A stretch of DNA of 64,000 nt from a virus (lineage: Duplodnaviria > Heunggongvirae > Uroviricota > Caudoviricetes): IMG/VR virus record IMGVR_UViG_3300009419_001390. One strand, 5' to 3'. The stretch's first letter is position 1; every line of letters starts with the position of its first letter. This document shows, piece by piece, positions 8,883 to 18,808 of this stretch. Both the position numbers and the translations under genes were made by a program. The notes beneath the pieces are model-generated. The model had not been told where the DNA came from. It searched no databases and was given only the letters and a program-made list of their open reading frames with translations.

Positions 8883-9910
8883 GCGGATCAGAAATTACAT
8901 CTCTTGCATCTACTGATCGCAAGCAGATATTTCCACTACAACAAGGATTCATTAATCCTATTACCGCATACCTATGGGGTGGCGGCGGCGGTGGTGGCGG
9001 CAACGACACAGGCACAGGCGGAAGCGGTGCTGCTGGACAGTTGATCAAAGTCACGTTTAACGCAAACGTTGGTGATATACTTGAGGTAAGTGTTGGCACT
9101 GGTGGTGGTCGCGGCTCAAGTGGAGTTAGAGGAACTGGTGGCGGCACTGCTGGATCTTCTTTTGTTGATGACGCTGGAACTAGATATGGTGGCGGACGCG
9201 GCGGCAACGCAGGTGGATCAGGAACGTCAGGAGGCGGTGGTGGAGGCGGTGGTGCTACTGTGATATCTTTGTTTCGTGTTGCACAAGCTGATAGAGTAGT
9301 TCTTGCAGTAGCAGGTGGTGGTGCAGGCGGTGGTGGTGCAGGTAATCGTGGCTCTCGCAATGGAAAAAATGCCAGTGCAACTGGGTCTGGTGCAAATGCA
9401 TTCCGTACTGGTGGTAACGGACAAGACCATTCTAGTGACGGTGGTGGTGGTGGTGGCGGTGGTGGTGGCTTTTATGGTGGTGCTGGCGGCGCAATCAGTG
9501 GCAGCTACGACGAAGGTGCCAACCCAGGCATAACTGGTAGCAGTTGGGCAAATGCCAGTATCACATTGTCAAATACTGTGTATGCAGGAACTGCTAGTGC
9601 TCCAACCAACATTGATGGATTTGACATTGGCCCTTATGCCAATGGTGGCACGGCCACACAAGCAGGTGGTTCTGGGTTTGCCATTCTTAGATTGATTAAT
9701 GGTCCGCTTCCTTTTATCAAAGTAGGTGGCAGCTGGGCTAAAGTAACCGCTGGATGGGTGAAAGACGGCGGTCAGTGGCGACCAATTACCGGCGCCTATC
9801 ATAAAATCAACAACAAATGGCAAACAATATCAAACGCTGATACTCTTGATTTTACCAACGCAAATGTTGGAATCAACTTTGGCGGTGGCGGAACTAGATC
9901 ATATGCATAA
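8879..9910 (+). CDS. glycine-rich virion/tail-associated protein
   Basis: Multiple GGGGG runs, G.AG....VTF...VGD.LEVSVGTGG pattern, C-terminal KVGGSW.KV..GWVKDGGQW motif. Confidence 0.65.
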   Translation: MSGSEITSLASTDRKQIFPLQQGFINPITAYLWGGGGGGGGNDTGTGGSGAAGQLIKVTFNANVGDILEVSVGTGGGRGSSGVRGTGGGTAGSSFVDDAGTRYGGGRGGNAGGSGTSGGGGGGGGATVISLFRVAQADRVVLAVAGGGAGGGGAGNRGSRNGKNASATGSGANAFRTGGNGQDHSSDGGGGGGGGGGFYGGAGGAISGSYDEGANPGITGSSWANASITLSNTVYAGTASAPTNIDGFDIGPYANGGTATQAGGSGFAILRLINGPLPFIKVGGSWAKVTAGWVKDGGQWRPITGAYHKINNKWQTISNADTLDFTNANVGINFGGGGTRSYA

Positions 9911-9926
9911 CAAGGCAATATAAAAA

Positions 9927-10364
9927 ATGGAACAATTACACAAAGCACTCAAGGTAGCATTTGCAAGCGAATTTAGCTTTTATCTAAAAGCACACAATTT
10001 TCACTGGAATGTGACAGGCCCGTTTTTTAGCCAACTGCATGACTTGTTTGGAAAAATCTACGAAGAAGTGTACGGAAGCATTGATCAGTTTGCAGAAGAA
10101 ATTCGCAGTGCTGGTGCTTTTGTGCCTGCCAGCTACACAAGATTTTCTATGTTGAGTGAGATTGATGATCAAACCAACATACCCGACGACGGAGATATGA
10201 TTGCAATATTGTTAGCAGACAGCGACAAAATGGTCAAAATTCTCAAATACGTGTTTGACATTGCCACAGCACAAGGCGAAGAAGGTCTAGCAGATTTTCT
10301 TGCAGGACGTATGGATGCGCACCGCAAACACTCATGGATGTTGAAGGCTACAATAACAAAATGA
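9927..10364 (+). CDS. dps: Dps/ferritin-like DNA-protecting protein
   Basis: KAHNFHWNVTG.FF..LH.LF..IYEE, D..AE, H.K..WML. Confidence 0.92.
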   Translation: MEQLHKALKVAFASEFSFYLKAHNFHWNVTGPFFSQLHDLFGKIYEEVYGSIDQFAEEIRSAGAFVPASYTRFSMLSEIDDQTNIPDDGDMIAILLADSDKMVKILKYVFDIATAQGEEGLADFLAGRMDAHRKHSWMLKATITK

Positions 10365-10672
10365 AACTTGCTTGCCCTATACAAAAACAATTAAAATGTC
10401 TGCTATGGGAAAAAGCCATATTATTGTTGGTGGTGTTCCTTGCAGTATACGCAACAGTCAGTCACTCGTTTAATCATGCTGGTATCATTGAAGTGATACT
10501 TAGTGTAATTGCCACCGCCAGTGTGTTATGGTGTTTGTGGATAGTAAAAACATTCCGCGACATAATGACCTGGTGGGTCAACATACAACAAAAAGTTGAC
10601 AGTGCATGCAATCTGTTGACAGAAACCAAACAAGAAATTAAAGAACTCAAATTGATCAAACAAGGAAAGTAA
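10361..10672 (+). CDS. small membrane protein (two TM helices plus coiled tail)
   Basis: Two hydrophobic stretches; ATG at 10361 overlaps the dps stop. Confidence 0.55.
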   Translation: MKLACPIQKQLKCLLWEKAILLLVVFLAVYATVSHSFNHAGIIEVILSVIATASVLWCLWIVKTFRDIMTWWVNIQQKVDSACNLLTETKQEIKELKLIKQGK

Positions 10673-11304
10673 TGTCATTCTTAGTTGCGAATCTACCGCC
10701 CGTGAAATGTTTTATTCGTAGAGAATTTCTCTATGATTTTGAAAAAGGACACGGAGAACTTGAACCATGCTGGTGGATCTCAATCAAGTCACAAAGAAGT
10801 CAAGCATTTAGAATTGAAGCGTATTTGAATCAATACGGTGCGTTGTATGACAAACTTCCACTACACGCTTACTGCTGGAAACCCATCGAAGGTGATCCGT
10901 ATCCACTAGACTTCTTACAATTATGGAACAGCATGTCTTATGATATCACTGTGATTAAAAAAGCAATGATAGCAAACATGAGATGTAAAATTAAAATGAA
11001 GGACGGATCTTGGTTAGAAGGCGAGTATCTTTTTACTGTAGATTCTTGTCATCCTGATTTTAATACGCTTGATTGCGGACACGGTGAGGATGTTGAGGAT
11101 CATAAATCTTTTAACTTTATCAAATGCGACAATGGACAATTTGCCGCACAACCAAACAATCGTGTTGTTATTTTGGAACCTGCAAGTAATCCTAAAGAAA
11201 TGAAGATTCCAGATTTTAATGTTGCCACCACCAGATGGAATGTTGAAATGGATCCAAAATGGGATTATGGCCTGCCAGAAAACAAATGGCGAATGAACGA
11301 ATGA
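10672..11304 (+). CDS. conserved hypothetical phage protein
   Basis: 210-aa well-formed ORF (SFLVANLPP...HK..N......NGQFAAQPNNR); function not recognised. Confidence 0.75.
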   Translation: MSFLVANLPPVKCFIRREFLYDFEKGHGELEPCWWISIKSQRSQAFRIEAYLNQYGALYDKLPLHAYCWKPIEGDPYPLDFLQLWNSMSYDITVIKKAMIANMRCKIKMKDGSWLEGEYLFTVDSCHPDFNTLDCGHGEDVEDHKSFNFIKCDNGQFAAQPNNRVVILEPASNPKEMKIPDFNVATTRWNVEMDPKWDYGLPENKWRMNE

Positions 11305-12014
11305 TTGAACTATTATACACACTAGTAGTAACACATATTACTATTGCCTGCGTCACATTATACCTACATCGTAGTCAGGCACATCGTGCAGTGACATTCC
11401 ATCCTGTGGTAGCGCATTTTATGCGTTTTTGGCTATGGTTAACAACAGGTATGGTTACCAAACAATGGGTGGCCATACATCGCAAACATCACAGATACAG
11501 TGACGAGCCGGGTGATCCGCACAGTCCACATGTGTATGGAATCAAACAAGTTTTCTTTAAGGGGGCAGGATTATATCATGCGGCATCAAAAGATAAAGAT
11601 ATGGTTGATTCATATGGTGTTGGTACTCCTGCTGATTGGATGGAGCTTCACGTATACACTCCTCACTCCAGACTTGGCATTGGCATTCTCCTTTTGTTCA
11701 ACATCATTGTCTTTGGTTGGATTGGCGCCTTGATATGGGGCATACAGATGCTCTGGATTCCGTTCTGGGCCGCAGGAGTTATCAATGGTGTTGCACACTG
11801 GTGGGGGTATAGAAATGGCACAACGAGAGATCAATCTAGAAATATTAGTCCATGGGGTATTGTTGTTGGCGGTGAAGAGCTTCACAATAATCATCATCTG
11901 GACCCTGGTAGCGCAAAGCTATCGCTGAAACCTTGGGAGTTTGATATTGGTTGGATGTATATCAAACTTCTTGAAAAGGCTAAATTGGCAAAACTGCGTA
12001 TTGCTAATTCCTAA
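11301..12014 (+). CDS. membrane fatty-acid (delta-9-type) desaturase
   Basis: Three His boxes: HRSQAH, HRKHH, HNNHH; hydrophobic segments; WEFDIGW tail. Confidence 0.92.
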   Translation: MIELLYTLVVTHITIACVTLYLHRSQAHRAVTFHPVVAHFMRFWLWLTTGMVTKQWVAIHRKHHRYSDEPGDPHSPHVYGIKQVFFKGAGLYHAASKDKDMVDSYGVGTPADWMELHVYTPHSRLGIGILLLFNIIVFGWIGALIWGIQMLWIPFWAAGVINGVAHWWGYRNGTTRDQSRNISPWGIVVGGEELHNNHHLDPGSAKLSLKPWEFDIGWMYIKLLEKAKLAKLRIANS

Positions 12015-12029
12015 CACAAACTGTATAAT
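12001..12029 (+). promoter_or_regulatory. sigma70-type promoter
   Basis: TTGCTA-17-TATAAT with TG extension; AAGGAG RBS follows. Confidence 0.65.
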
Positions 12030-12050
12030 CAATCAACTAAGGAGATTTCA

Positions 12051-12311
12051 ATGTCAGCACGTATGTTCGGCTCAGCCGAAAAAGCAAAACTCACTCAACT
12101 GATCAACGAAGGCATGCAAGTCATGCAAGAAGTAGACACACTCAACGAAGGCCTCAATGACACTATCAAGGCCATTGCAGAGGAAATGGAAATCAAACCT
12201 GCTGTGCTAAAAAAGGCCGTGCGTATTGCACACAAAGCCGAACTAGGCAAGCACAATGCAGATCACGAGGAATTGAACACCATCCTTGAAACAGTGGGCA
12301 AAACACTTTGA
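12051..12311 (+). CDS. T4 DsbA/GapR-like dsDNA-binding protein
   Basis: 86 aa helical; IKAIAEEMEIKPAVLKKAVRIAHK pattern. Confidence 0.7.
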   Translation: MSARMFGSAEKAKLTQLINEGMQVMQEVDTLNEGLNDTIKAIAEEMEIKPAVLKKAVRIAHKAELGKHNADHEELNTILETVGKTL

Positions 12312-12604
12312 TCGAAGTATTAAGTGGAACTGCCAATTGGATCAAAGAAGATTACAAAAGCGATCGAGTTCGTTTTTGTTTTGAGGTCCTTGCTTGGGCT
12401 ATATCTATTGGCTGTTCTCTCACTATGGCCCTCACCGTGCCTAATCCACCCCTTCTTTACATGTACCCAGTCTGGATTGCAGGTTGTGCTATATACGCTG
12501 GGTGTGCTTACAGTCGTGGTTCCTTCGGCATGCTGGCTAATTACATTCTTCTTACAACCATCGACACAGTAGGTTTAATTAGAATGATTATGCAATTACA
12601 ATAA
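12308..12604 (+). CDS. small membrane protein
   Basis: TTG start, three hydrophobic helices. Confidence 0.65.
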   Translation: MIEVLSGTANWIKEDYKSDRVRFCFEVLAWAISIGCSLTMALTVPNPPLLYMYPVWIAGCAIYAGCAYSRGSFGMLANYILLTTIDTVGLIRMIMQLQ

Positions 12605-12672
12605 ATATTTTTGTCACGCTGGACACTAAACAGCAAGTAGAGTGTGTGTGAGCTAGAAGTCGCACAAAGGAG
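12601..12672 (+). promoter_or_regulatory. late promoter core plus structured 5' leader of the DNA polymerase gene
   Basis: ATAAATA 12601-12607; GCTG/CAGC stem; ACACT/AGTGT possible pseudoknot; TGTGTGA/TCGCACA hairpin abutting SD AGGAG 12668-12672. Confidence 0.5.
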
Positions 12673-12676
12673 AACT

Positions 12677-15337
12677 ATGAGCTACGTCGACGCATTGTTT
12701 GAACGAGATAAAGATCGTATACACGTGGTAGAACGTGTAGACGGCAAAAGAGAGTACAGAGAGTTTCCAGCAGACTACATCTTTTATTATGATGATCCGC
12801 GAGGCAAACACCGAACCATATACGGCACACCAGTAAGCCGTTTCAACACCCGCAATTCAAAAGAATACCACAAAGAACTAAAAGTCAACTCTGGCAAGCG
12901 CCTGTGGGAAAGTGACATCAATCCTGTTTTTCGTTGTTTGGAAACAAACTATCTAGGTGCCACATCACCCAAACTGCAAACAGCATTCTTTGACATTGAA
13001 GTAGACTTTGATCCACTACGTGGATTCTCAAAACCTGAAGATCCTTTCAACGCTATTACCGCAATCTCTGTGTACTTGGATTGGATGGACAAGATGGTCA
13101 CCTTGGTTGTCCCGCCCAAGAGCATGAGTTGGGAAACTGCACAAGAGATATGTGATCAATTTGATAACTGTTATCTATTTGAGCGTGAAGAAGAACTGTT
13201 AAACACATTTCTAGACTTGATTGAAGATGCTGATATCCTAAGCGGATGGAACAGTGAAGGCTTCGACATCCCTTATACTGTGATGCGTATCACACGTGTG
13301 TTGAGCAAAGACGACACACGCCGTTTCTGCTTGTGGGGACAACTGCCCAAGCAACGTATGTTTGAGCGATTTGGTGCTGAAACACTGACGTTTGACTTGA
13401 TTGGTCGTGTGCATATGGACTATATGCAACTGTATCGCAAGTACACATATGAAGAACGTCACAGCTACAGCCTGGATGCTATTGCAGAATACGAACTGGA
13501 TGAACGTAAGACACAATACGAAGGCACCCTGGATCAATTGTACAACAAAGACTTTCGCGAGTTTATTGTGTACAACCGGCAAGATACCATGCTACTCAAC
13601 AAGCTGGACAAGAAACTTAAATTCTTGGATCTAGCAAACGTACTAGCACATGAAAACACTGTACTGCTACAAACCACAATGGGTGCTGTGGCAGTTACTG
13701 AGCAAGCTATTATCAACGAAGCACATCAACTGGGACTAATTGTTCCCAACAGAAAAGGTAGAGATGATCATGGTGACACACAAGCGGCAGGTGCCTATGT
13801 TGCTTTCCCCAAAGCAGGCATGCACGACTGGGTTGGAGCAATCGACATCAACAGCTTGTATCCTTCTGCGATCCGTGCCTGCAACATGGGCCCAGAAACA
13901 ATCGTTGGACAGATCCGGCCAGTAATGACCGACAAGTATATCAAGGACAAGATGGACTCAGGTAGCAGTTTTGCTGATGCTTGGGAAAACATGTTTGGCA
14001 CTCTTGAATATACTGCTGTGATGGAAAATCGTCCTGGCACCGAACTTACCATTGATTGGGAGTCGGGCGAATCAACTGTACACTCAGCCGCGGAAGTCTG
14101 GCGACTGATCTTTGACAGTCACAAGCCCTGGATCCTTACTGCCAACGGCACTATCATGACATATGAAAAGAAAGGTGTTATCCCTGGCTTGCTGGAACGT
14201 TGGTATCGTGAACGTCAAGAAATGCAGGCCAAGAAGAAGGATGCAGAAACAGATGAAGACAAAGCCTTTTGGGACAAACGACAGCTGGTCAAGAAAATTA
14301 ACTTGAACAGTTTGTACGGTGCTATTCTCAATCCAGGTTGTAGGTTCTTTGACAAGCGTATTGGTCAGTCAACTACACTTACAGGACGAATCATTGCCAG
14401 ACACATGGATGCATACATCAATGAGTGCATCTTTGGAGAATACGATCATGTGGGTAAGGCAATCATCTACGGAGACACTGACTCTGCTTACTTCAGTGCG
14501 TGGCCTGCTGTGAAGGAAGATGTTGAAGCTGGCAGGATGGAGTGGAACAAAAACATCTGTGTGCAACTGTACGACAGCATTGCAGATCAAGTGAACGCCA
14601 GTTTTCCAGCATTCATGGAACGGGCCTGCCACTGTCCACGCAACATGGGCGAACTGATCAAAGGCGGTCGTGAGCTGGTGGCTGAGAAAAGTTTGTTTAT
14701 CAAGAAGAAACGTTATGCACTGTTGATCTATGACCTAGAAGGCAAGCGACAAGACACACACGGCAAACCAGGCAAAGTTAAAGCCATGGGGCTAGACTTG
14801 AAGCGCAGTGATACACCCAAGGTTGTACAAGACTTCTTGAGCGAACTGTTGCTGGATGTGCTAACAGGCGGACAGAAGGAAGGTATCTATGACAAGGTGC
14901 GTGACTTCAAGATTGCATTTCAAGAACGTCCTGCTTGGGAAAAAGGCACACCCAAACGTGTGAACAACTTGACCAAATACACTGCTGAAGAGTCTAGACT
15001 GGGCAAAGCCAACATGCCAGGACATGTACGTGCGGCTATGAACTGGAACAATCTCAAACGCATGCACGGTGACAACTATAGCACCAGCATTGTAGACGGT
15101 ATGAAAACCATTGTGTGTAAACTGAAAGAAAATTCATTGAACTATACTTCAGTTGGATATCCAACTGATGAACTGCACGTTCCGCAATGGTTCAAGGAAC
15201 TACCGTTTGACGATGCACTGATGGAGACAACCATTGTGGATCAAAAGGTAGAAAACTTGTTGGGTGTTCTAAAGTGGAACATTGCAGAAAACACTGACAT
15301 TGCCACCACGTTTGATAGTTTGTTTACATTTGACTGA
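12677..15337 (+). CDS. family B DNA polymerase (gp43-like)
   Basis: Exo motifs FFDIEV, GWNSEGFDIPY, YNRQD; Pol motifs DINSLYPS, KKINLNSLYG, YGDTDS, KKRYAL. Confidence 0.97.
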   Translation: MSYVDALFERDKDRIHVVERVDGKREYREFPADYIFYYDDPRGKHRTIYGTPVSRFNTRNSKEYHKELKVNSGKRLWESDINPVFRCLETNYLGATSPKLQTAFFDIEVDFDPLRGFSKPEDPFNAITAISVYLDWMDKMVTLVVPPKSMSWETAQEICDQFDNCYLFEREEELLNTFLDLIEDADILSGWNSEGFDIPYTVMRITRVLSKDDTRRFCLWGQLPKQRMFERFGAETLTFDLIGRVHMDYMQLYRKYTYEERHSYSLDAIAEYELDERKTQYEGTLDQLYNKDFREFIVYNRQDTMLLNKLDKKLKFLDLANVLAHENTVLLQTTMGAVAVTEQAIINEAHQLGLIVPNRKGRDDHGDTQAAGAYVAFPKAGMHDWVGAIDINSLYPSAIRACNMGPETIVGQIRPVMTDKYIKDKMDSGSSFADAWENMFGTLEYTAVMENRPGTELTIDWESGESTVHSAAEVWRLIFDSHKPWILTANGTIMTYEKKGVIPGLLERWYRERQEMQAKKKDAETDEDKAFWDKRQLVKKINLNSLYGAILNPGCRFFDKRIGQSTTLTGRIIARHMDAYINECIFGEYDHVGKAIIYGDTDSAYFSAWPAVKEDVEAGRMEWNKNICVQLYDSIADQVNASFPAFMERACHCPRNMGELIKGGRELVAEKSLFIKKKRYALLIYDLEGKRQDTHGKPGKVKAMGLDLKRSDTPKVVQDFLSELLLDVLTGGQKEGIYDKVRDFKIAFQERPAWEKGTPKRVNNLTKYTAEESRLGKANMPGHVRAAMNWNNLKRMHGDNYSTSIVDGMKTIVCKLKENSLNYTSVGYPTDELHVPQWFKELPFDDALMETTIVDQKVENLLGVLKWNIAENTDIATTFDSLFTFD

Positions 15338-15338
15338 C

Positions 15339-16316
15339 ATGGATCAAAAGCAAGTAGATCGATTGCCGGGGCTGGTATCTTTAAGAAATCACATGCTACA
15401 CATGCGATCTTGGGATCCTGCTAGTCAAGCACAACAAACTCTATACACAGACCTGTGTGAACTGGTAGGCACTCTAGATGATATTTCTACTTTGGCATCG
15501 CCACAGCTTGATGTTGTGCAAGAACTTGTGCAAAATTTACGGTCAGTGAAACAAAACATTGATCAAATACATGCTCGGGTGCAAACTGAGATTGATGCCA
15601 TTGGAGATGCTGTTTCAACCAAAGAATACTTTTTGCAACATTTGCAAATTACCAACGACACACGCGAAAAGTTTCATGTGTCAGATTACATGCTTAAAGA
15701 AATTGCGGTGGGCACAGGACTTCCTGACATTTGGAAATTTCCTACTTGTATTGTTAATGCACAATTTAGTTACATGGTAGAACAGGTGCTGGCAGGTGAT
15801 GTTGTTTATTTGATTGACGTTGATACTGAGTTGATTCAAAAACAAATATCTAATGTTAACCCAGCAGTACAGGCCAGAATGAGAAGTCATAGGATTGAGA
15901 ACTGGCACGAAATTGAACTTGATCAATATATCACTTTTACTCAACAGCACAATCGATGGGGCTTGCCATTGGGACAAATTGGCATTATTCTAATCAGTGG
16001 AATTTTTGAAAGATTCAATATGGAAATGATTGGTATTGTATTGAATCAACTCAAACCTCTCCTGCGTCCTGGTGGCAAGATATTTTTTACTGTGAACAAT
16101 GCAGACAGTCCTGCAGGTGCTACCAATGTGGCTATTAGAGCAAACGGTTATGCCACTCAATCAAGAATACATAAATTGGTTGAAGAAAACGGATTTGTAT
16201 TCAAACAATGGGAAAGTGTTATCACTCAAACCTTTGCCTTGGTTGAAATTGCCGCGCCGGGTGTGTTACACTCAAGCAAGTATATGGCAAGTAGAACAGC
16301 AAATAAAAAAGCCTAA
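15339..16316 (+). CDS. coiled-coil plus degenerate class I SAM methyltransferase-like domain
   Basis: C-terminal LKPLLRPGGKIFFT motif; canonical motif I is not obvious. Confidence 0.5.
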   Translation: MDQKQVDRLPGLVSLRNHMLHMRSWDPASQAQQTLYTDLCELVGTLDDISTLASPQLDVVQELVQNLRSVKQNIDQIHARVQTEIDAIGDAVSTKEYFLQHLQITNDTREKFHVSDYMLKEIAVGTGLPDIWKFPTCIVNAQFSYMVEQVLAGDVVYLIDVDTELIQKQISNVNPAVQARMRSHRIENWHEIELDQYITFTQQHNRWGLPLGQIGIILISGIFERFNMEMIGIVLNQLKPLLRPGGKIFFTVNNADSPAGATNVAIRANGYATQSRIHKLVEENGFVFKQWESVITQTFALVEIAAPGVLHSSKYMASRTANKKA

Positions 16317-16320
16317 GTCA

Positions 16321-16349
16321 TTGACGATCTAAATAAAATCATATAAACT
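16321..16349 (+). promoter_or_regulatory. sigma70-type promoter with nested late core
   Basis: TTGACG-17-TAAACT; spacer contains CTAAATA. Confidence 0.65.
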
Positions 16350-16372
16350 ATCAACTATCTACAGGAGAACGC

Positions 16373-17104
16373 ATGAAAGATTACTTACAAGACATCGTAC
16401 AACACACACACGCACTGGGTGTGATTGATTTGGTTAAAATTACAGGCACAGATCAAGAAACCACCATTGATTCTATCGCAGAAGATCGTAGTGTGATTGT
16501 ACAGGCCAAGTTCAAGAACCCTGTGCCAGAGTTTGTTGGCACATTTGGCATGCCTAATCTAGGCAAACTAAACACAGTTCTAAACATTCCAGAATACAAA
16601 GAAGACGCTAAACTAAGCATCAGTATGCAACAACGCAATGGTGCAGATGTTCCAGTTGGCATTACCTTTGAAAACAAAGCAGGTGACTTTAAGAATGAAT
16701 ATCGTTTCATGACCAGCGAGATTGTGAACGACAAACTCAAAAGCGTGAAAATGAAAAATGTTAAATGGAGTGTGGAGTTTAATCCCACAGTACAAAACAT
16801 TCAACGTTTGCGATTTCAAGCCAGTGCCAACAGCGACGAAAATACATTTACTGCCAAAACAGAAAACAATCAATTGAAGTTTTTCTTTGGTGACCATAGT
16901 TCACATGCAGGTAACTTTGTGTTTCATGATGGTGCAACTGGTACACTAACCAAAGCATGGGCGTGGCCAGTGACTTCTGTTATTGCCATTCTTGCATTGA
17001 GTGGTGACAAGACTATGAAGATCAGCGACGAAGGTGTCATGCAGATCACTGTGGACAGCGGCATTGCTGAATACAACTATCTATTGCCAGCACAACAAAA
17101 ATGA
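16373..17104 (+). CDS. sliding clamp (gp45-like)
   Basis: 243 aa, GTFGMPNLGKL, beta-rich clamp-like pattern ending YNYLLPAQ; adjacent to the polymerase. Confidence 0.75.
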   Translation: MKDYLQDIVQHTHALGVIDLVKITGTDQETTIDSIAEDRSVIVQAKFKNPVPEFVGTFGMPNLGKLNTVLNIPEYKEDAKLSISMQQRNGADVPVGITFENKAGDFKNEYRFMTSEIVNDKLKSVKMKNVKWSVEFNPTVQNIQRLRFQASANSDENTFTAKTENNQLKFFFGDHSSHAGNFVFHDGATGTLTKAWAWPVTSVIAILALSGDKTMKISDEGVMQITVDSGIAEYNYLLPAQQK

Positions 17105-17454
17105 TCAAAGGTCTAATGGGCAGTCGCGGAGTAGTAGTGGATGGTGGTAACACCAGTGTTCCGTATGTTAACTCAAATGCCAGCAATCCCATACAGGGTA
17201 TGCTCCGTGTCAACGGAACAGACATGCAGGTGTTTGATGGTACAACATGGATCAACATGAGCACCAGTTATGCCACTGTTAGCCTGGATCCTATTACCCA
17301 AGAAGCCATTGATTGGGCACGGCGTAAGATGCAAGAAGAAAAAGACTTGCATGATCGCATGAAGCGGCACCCAGGACTAAAGAGTGCTTGGGAGCAGTTT
17401 CAGATCATGGATGCACTAACACTAGAAGAAAAGAAGCATGGACAAGAAGCCTGA
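17101..17454 (+). CDS. hypothetical protein
   Basis: 117-aa ORF coupled to both neighbours. Confidence 0.7.
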   Translation: MIKGLMGSRGVVVDGGNTSVPYVNSNASNPIQGMLRVNGTDMQVFDGTTWINMSTSYATVSLDPITQEAIDWARRKMQEEKDLHDRMKRHPGLKSAWEQFQIMDALTLEEKKHGQEA

Positions 17455-18808
17455 ACAAGATGATCTAACTAGCAAACAGCTAGACTATGCTGTGTTCTTG
17501 CCAGCTATCAGTGGCTTCTATGCTACCTTCATAGGCAAACAGCGTGTGAACAATGACTACATAGATCCTGCACGTATGCCAGCTGGAATGCCCGACATGG
17601 AACAGATGAACTGGCTTAACAGTCAGAAGGCATTGTTCCCATACAAGTGGAGCCTGTACTCGGGTGGTCATGCCAATCTAGATCTCAACAAAGATGATCC
17701 TAGTGAAGACATGGTTCGCAAGCGTGAGCCAGGTACGTTCATGCTAGGTGACTCTGGTGGATTCCAGATTGCCAAGGGCCTGTGGGAAGGCGACTGGAAG
17801 GCCAATTCAGGTTGTGCCAAAGCTGAAAAGAAACGCAGTTCTGTTCTAAAGTGGTTGGACGAGATTGCCGACTATGGAATGATCTTGGATATTCCAACTT
17901 GGGTTATTCACGACAGGAAAGCTAGCAAGGCTTGTCAGATTACCACACTGGATGAAGCAGTGGCCGCTACCAAATTCAATAACGAATACTTTATGAAACA
18001 TCGTAAAGGAAAAAAGAACGGCGGTGCAAAATTCTTAAATGTTCTACAAGGCGATAATCATACTTCAGCTGAAGAATGGTATCAGACCATGAAGGAATAT
18101 TGTGATCCTGTGAAATATCCTGACACTCACTTTGACGGTTGGTCAATGGGTGGTCAAAACATGTGTGACGTAGATCTAGTGCTACGCAGACTGGTAGCAT
18201 TACGCTACGATAACTTGTTACAAGAGGGAGTTCATGACTGGATGCACTTCTTGGGCACAAGTAAACTAGAGTGGGCAGTCTTGCTCACTGACATTCAACG
18301 TGCAGTTCGCAAATACGTTAACCCTGCATTTACTATCAGCTTTGACTGTGCTAGTCCTTTTCTAGCCACTGCTAATGGACAAATGTATCATCATATTGAT
18401 TTGCCACACAATGATAAATGGTGTTATCGAATGAGTCCAAGTGCAGACGACAAAAAATATGCCGTTGATACACGAATGTTCCGCGATGTAGTACTACAGG
18501 ATGGAATCTTTCCGCATTTTGACGAGAGCCCAATAAGCCAGCATTTACAGATCAAAGATGTATGTATATACAAGCCGGGCGATTTGAACAAGATCGGCAA
18601 AGAGGGCAAGACCAGCTGGGACAGCTTCAGCTATGCACTCATGATGGGACACAACGTGTGGACACACATCGAAGCAGTACAACGTGCCAATCGTGAATAC
18701 GATGCAGGCCGATGGCCTAACATGATGTGGAACGAAGGTACTAAAAAGCGCACAGGTGATCATGCCAAGTTCCGTGACATTGGACGCTATTTTTGCCGCG
18801 CCAACTAA
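17438..18808 (+). CDS. dpdA: TGT-fold 7-deazaguanine DNA transglycosylase (DpdA-like); appears frameshifted near 18782
   Basis: MLGDSGGFQI, MILDIP, FLNVLQG, GWSMGG, HFLG, SFDCASP motifs of the TGT family; located in the Que gene cluster. Confidence 0.8.
   Translation: MDKKPEQDDLTSKQLDYAVFLPAISGFYATFIGKQRVNNDYIDPARMPAGMPDMEQMNWLNSQKALFPYKWSLYSGGHANLDLNKDDPSEDMVRKREPGTFMLGDSGGFQIAKGLWEGDWKANSGCAKAEKKRSSVLKWLDEIADYGMILDIPTWVIHDRKASKACQITTLDEAVAATKFNNEYFMKHRKGKKNGGAKFLNVLQGDNHTSAEEWYQTMKEYCDPVKYPDTHFDGWSMGGQNMCDVDLVLRRLVALRYDNLLQEGVHDWMHFLGTSKLEWAVLLTDIQRAVRKYVNPAFTISFDCASPFLATANGQMYHHIDLPHNDKWCYRMSPSADDKKYAVDTRMFRDVVLQDGIFPHFDESPISQHLQIKDVCIYKPGDLNKIGKEGKTSWDSFSYALMMGHNVWTHIEAVQRANREYDAGRWPNMMWNEGTKKRTGDHAKFRDIGRYFCRAN

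Noticed and set aside
8979-9490. GGT/GGC trinucleotide runs as a repeat element or contingency locus
   Set aside because: They encode poly-Gly tracts of the glycine-rich protein, with mixed codons and an intact frame.
12677-15337. Intein or intron in the DNA polymerase
   Set aside because: Length (~886 aa) and contiguous motif spacing leave no room, and there is no C...HN splice signature.
17438-18808. Calling the TGT a tRNA-queuine transglycosylase
   Set aside because: It lacks the C-terminal CxCxxC...H zinc motif of bacterial tRNA TGT and is much diverged; the context favours DpdA. Not fully excluded without a phylogeny.
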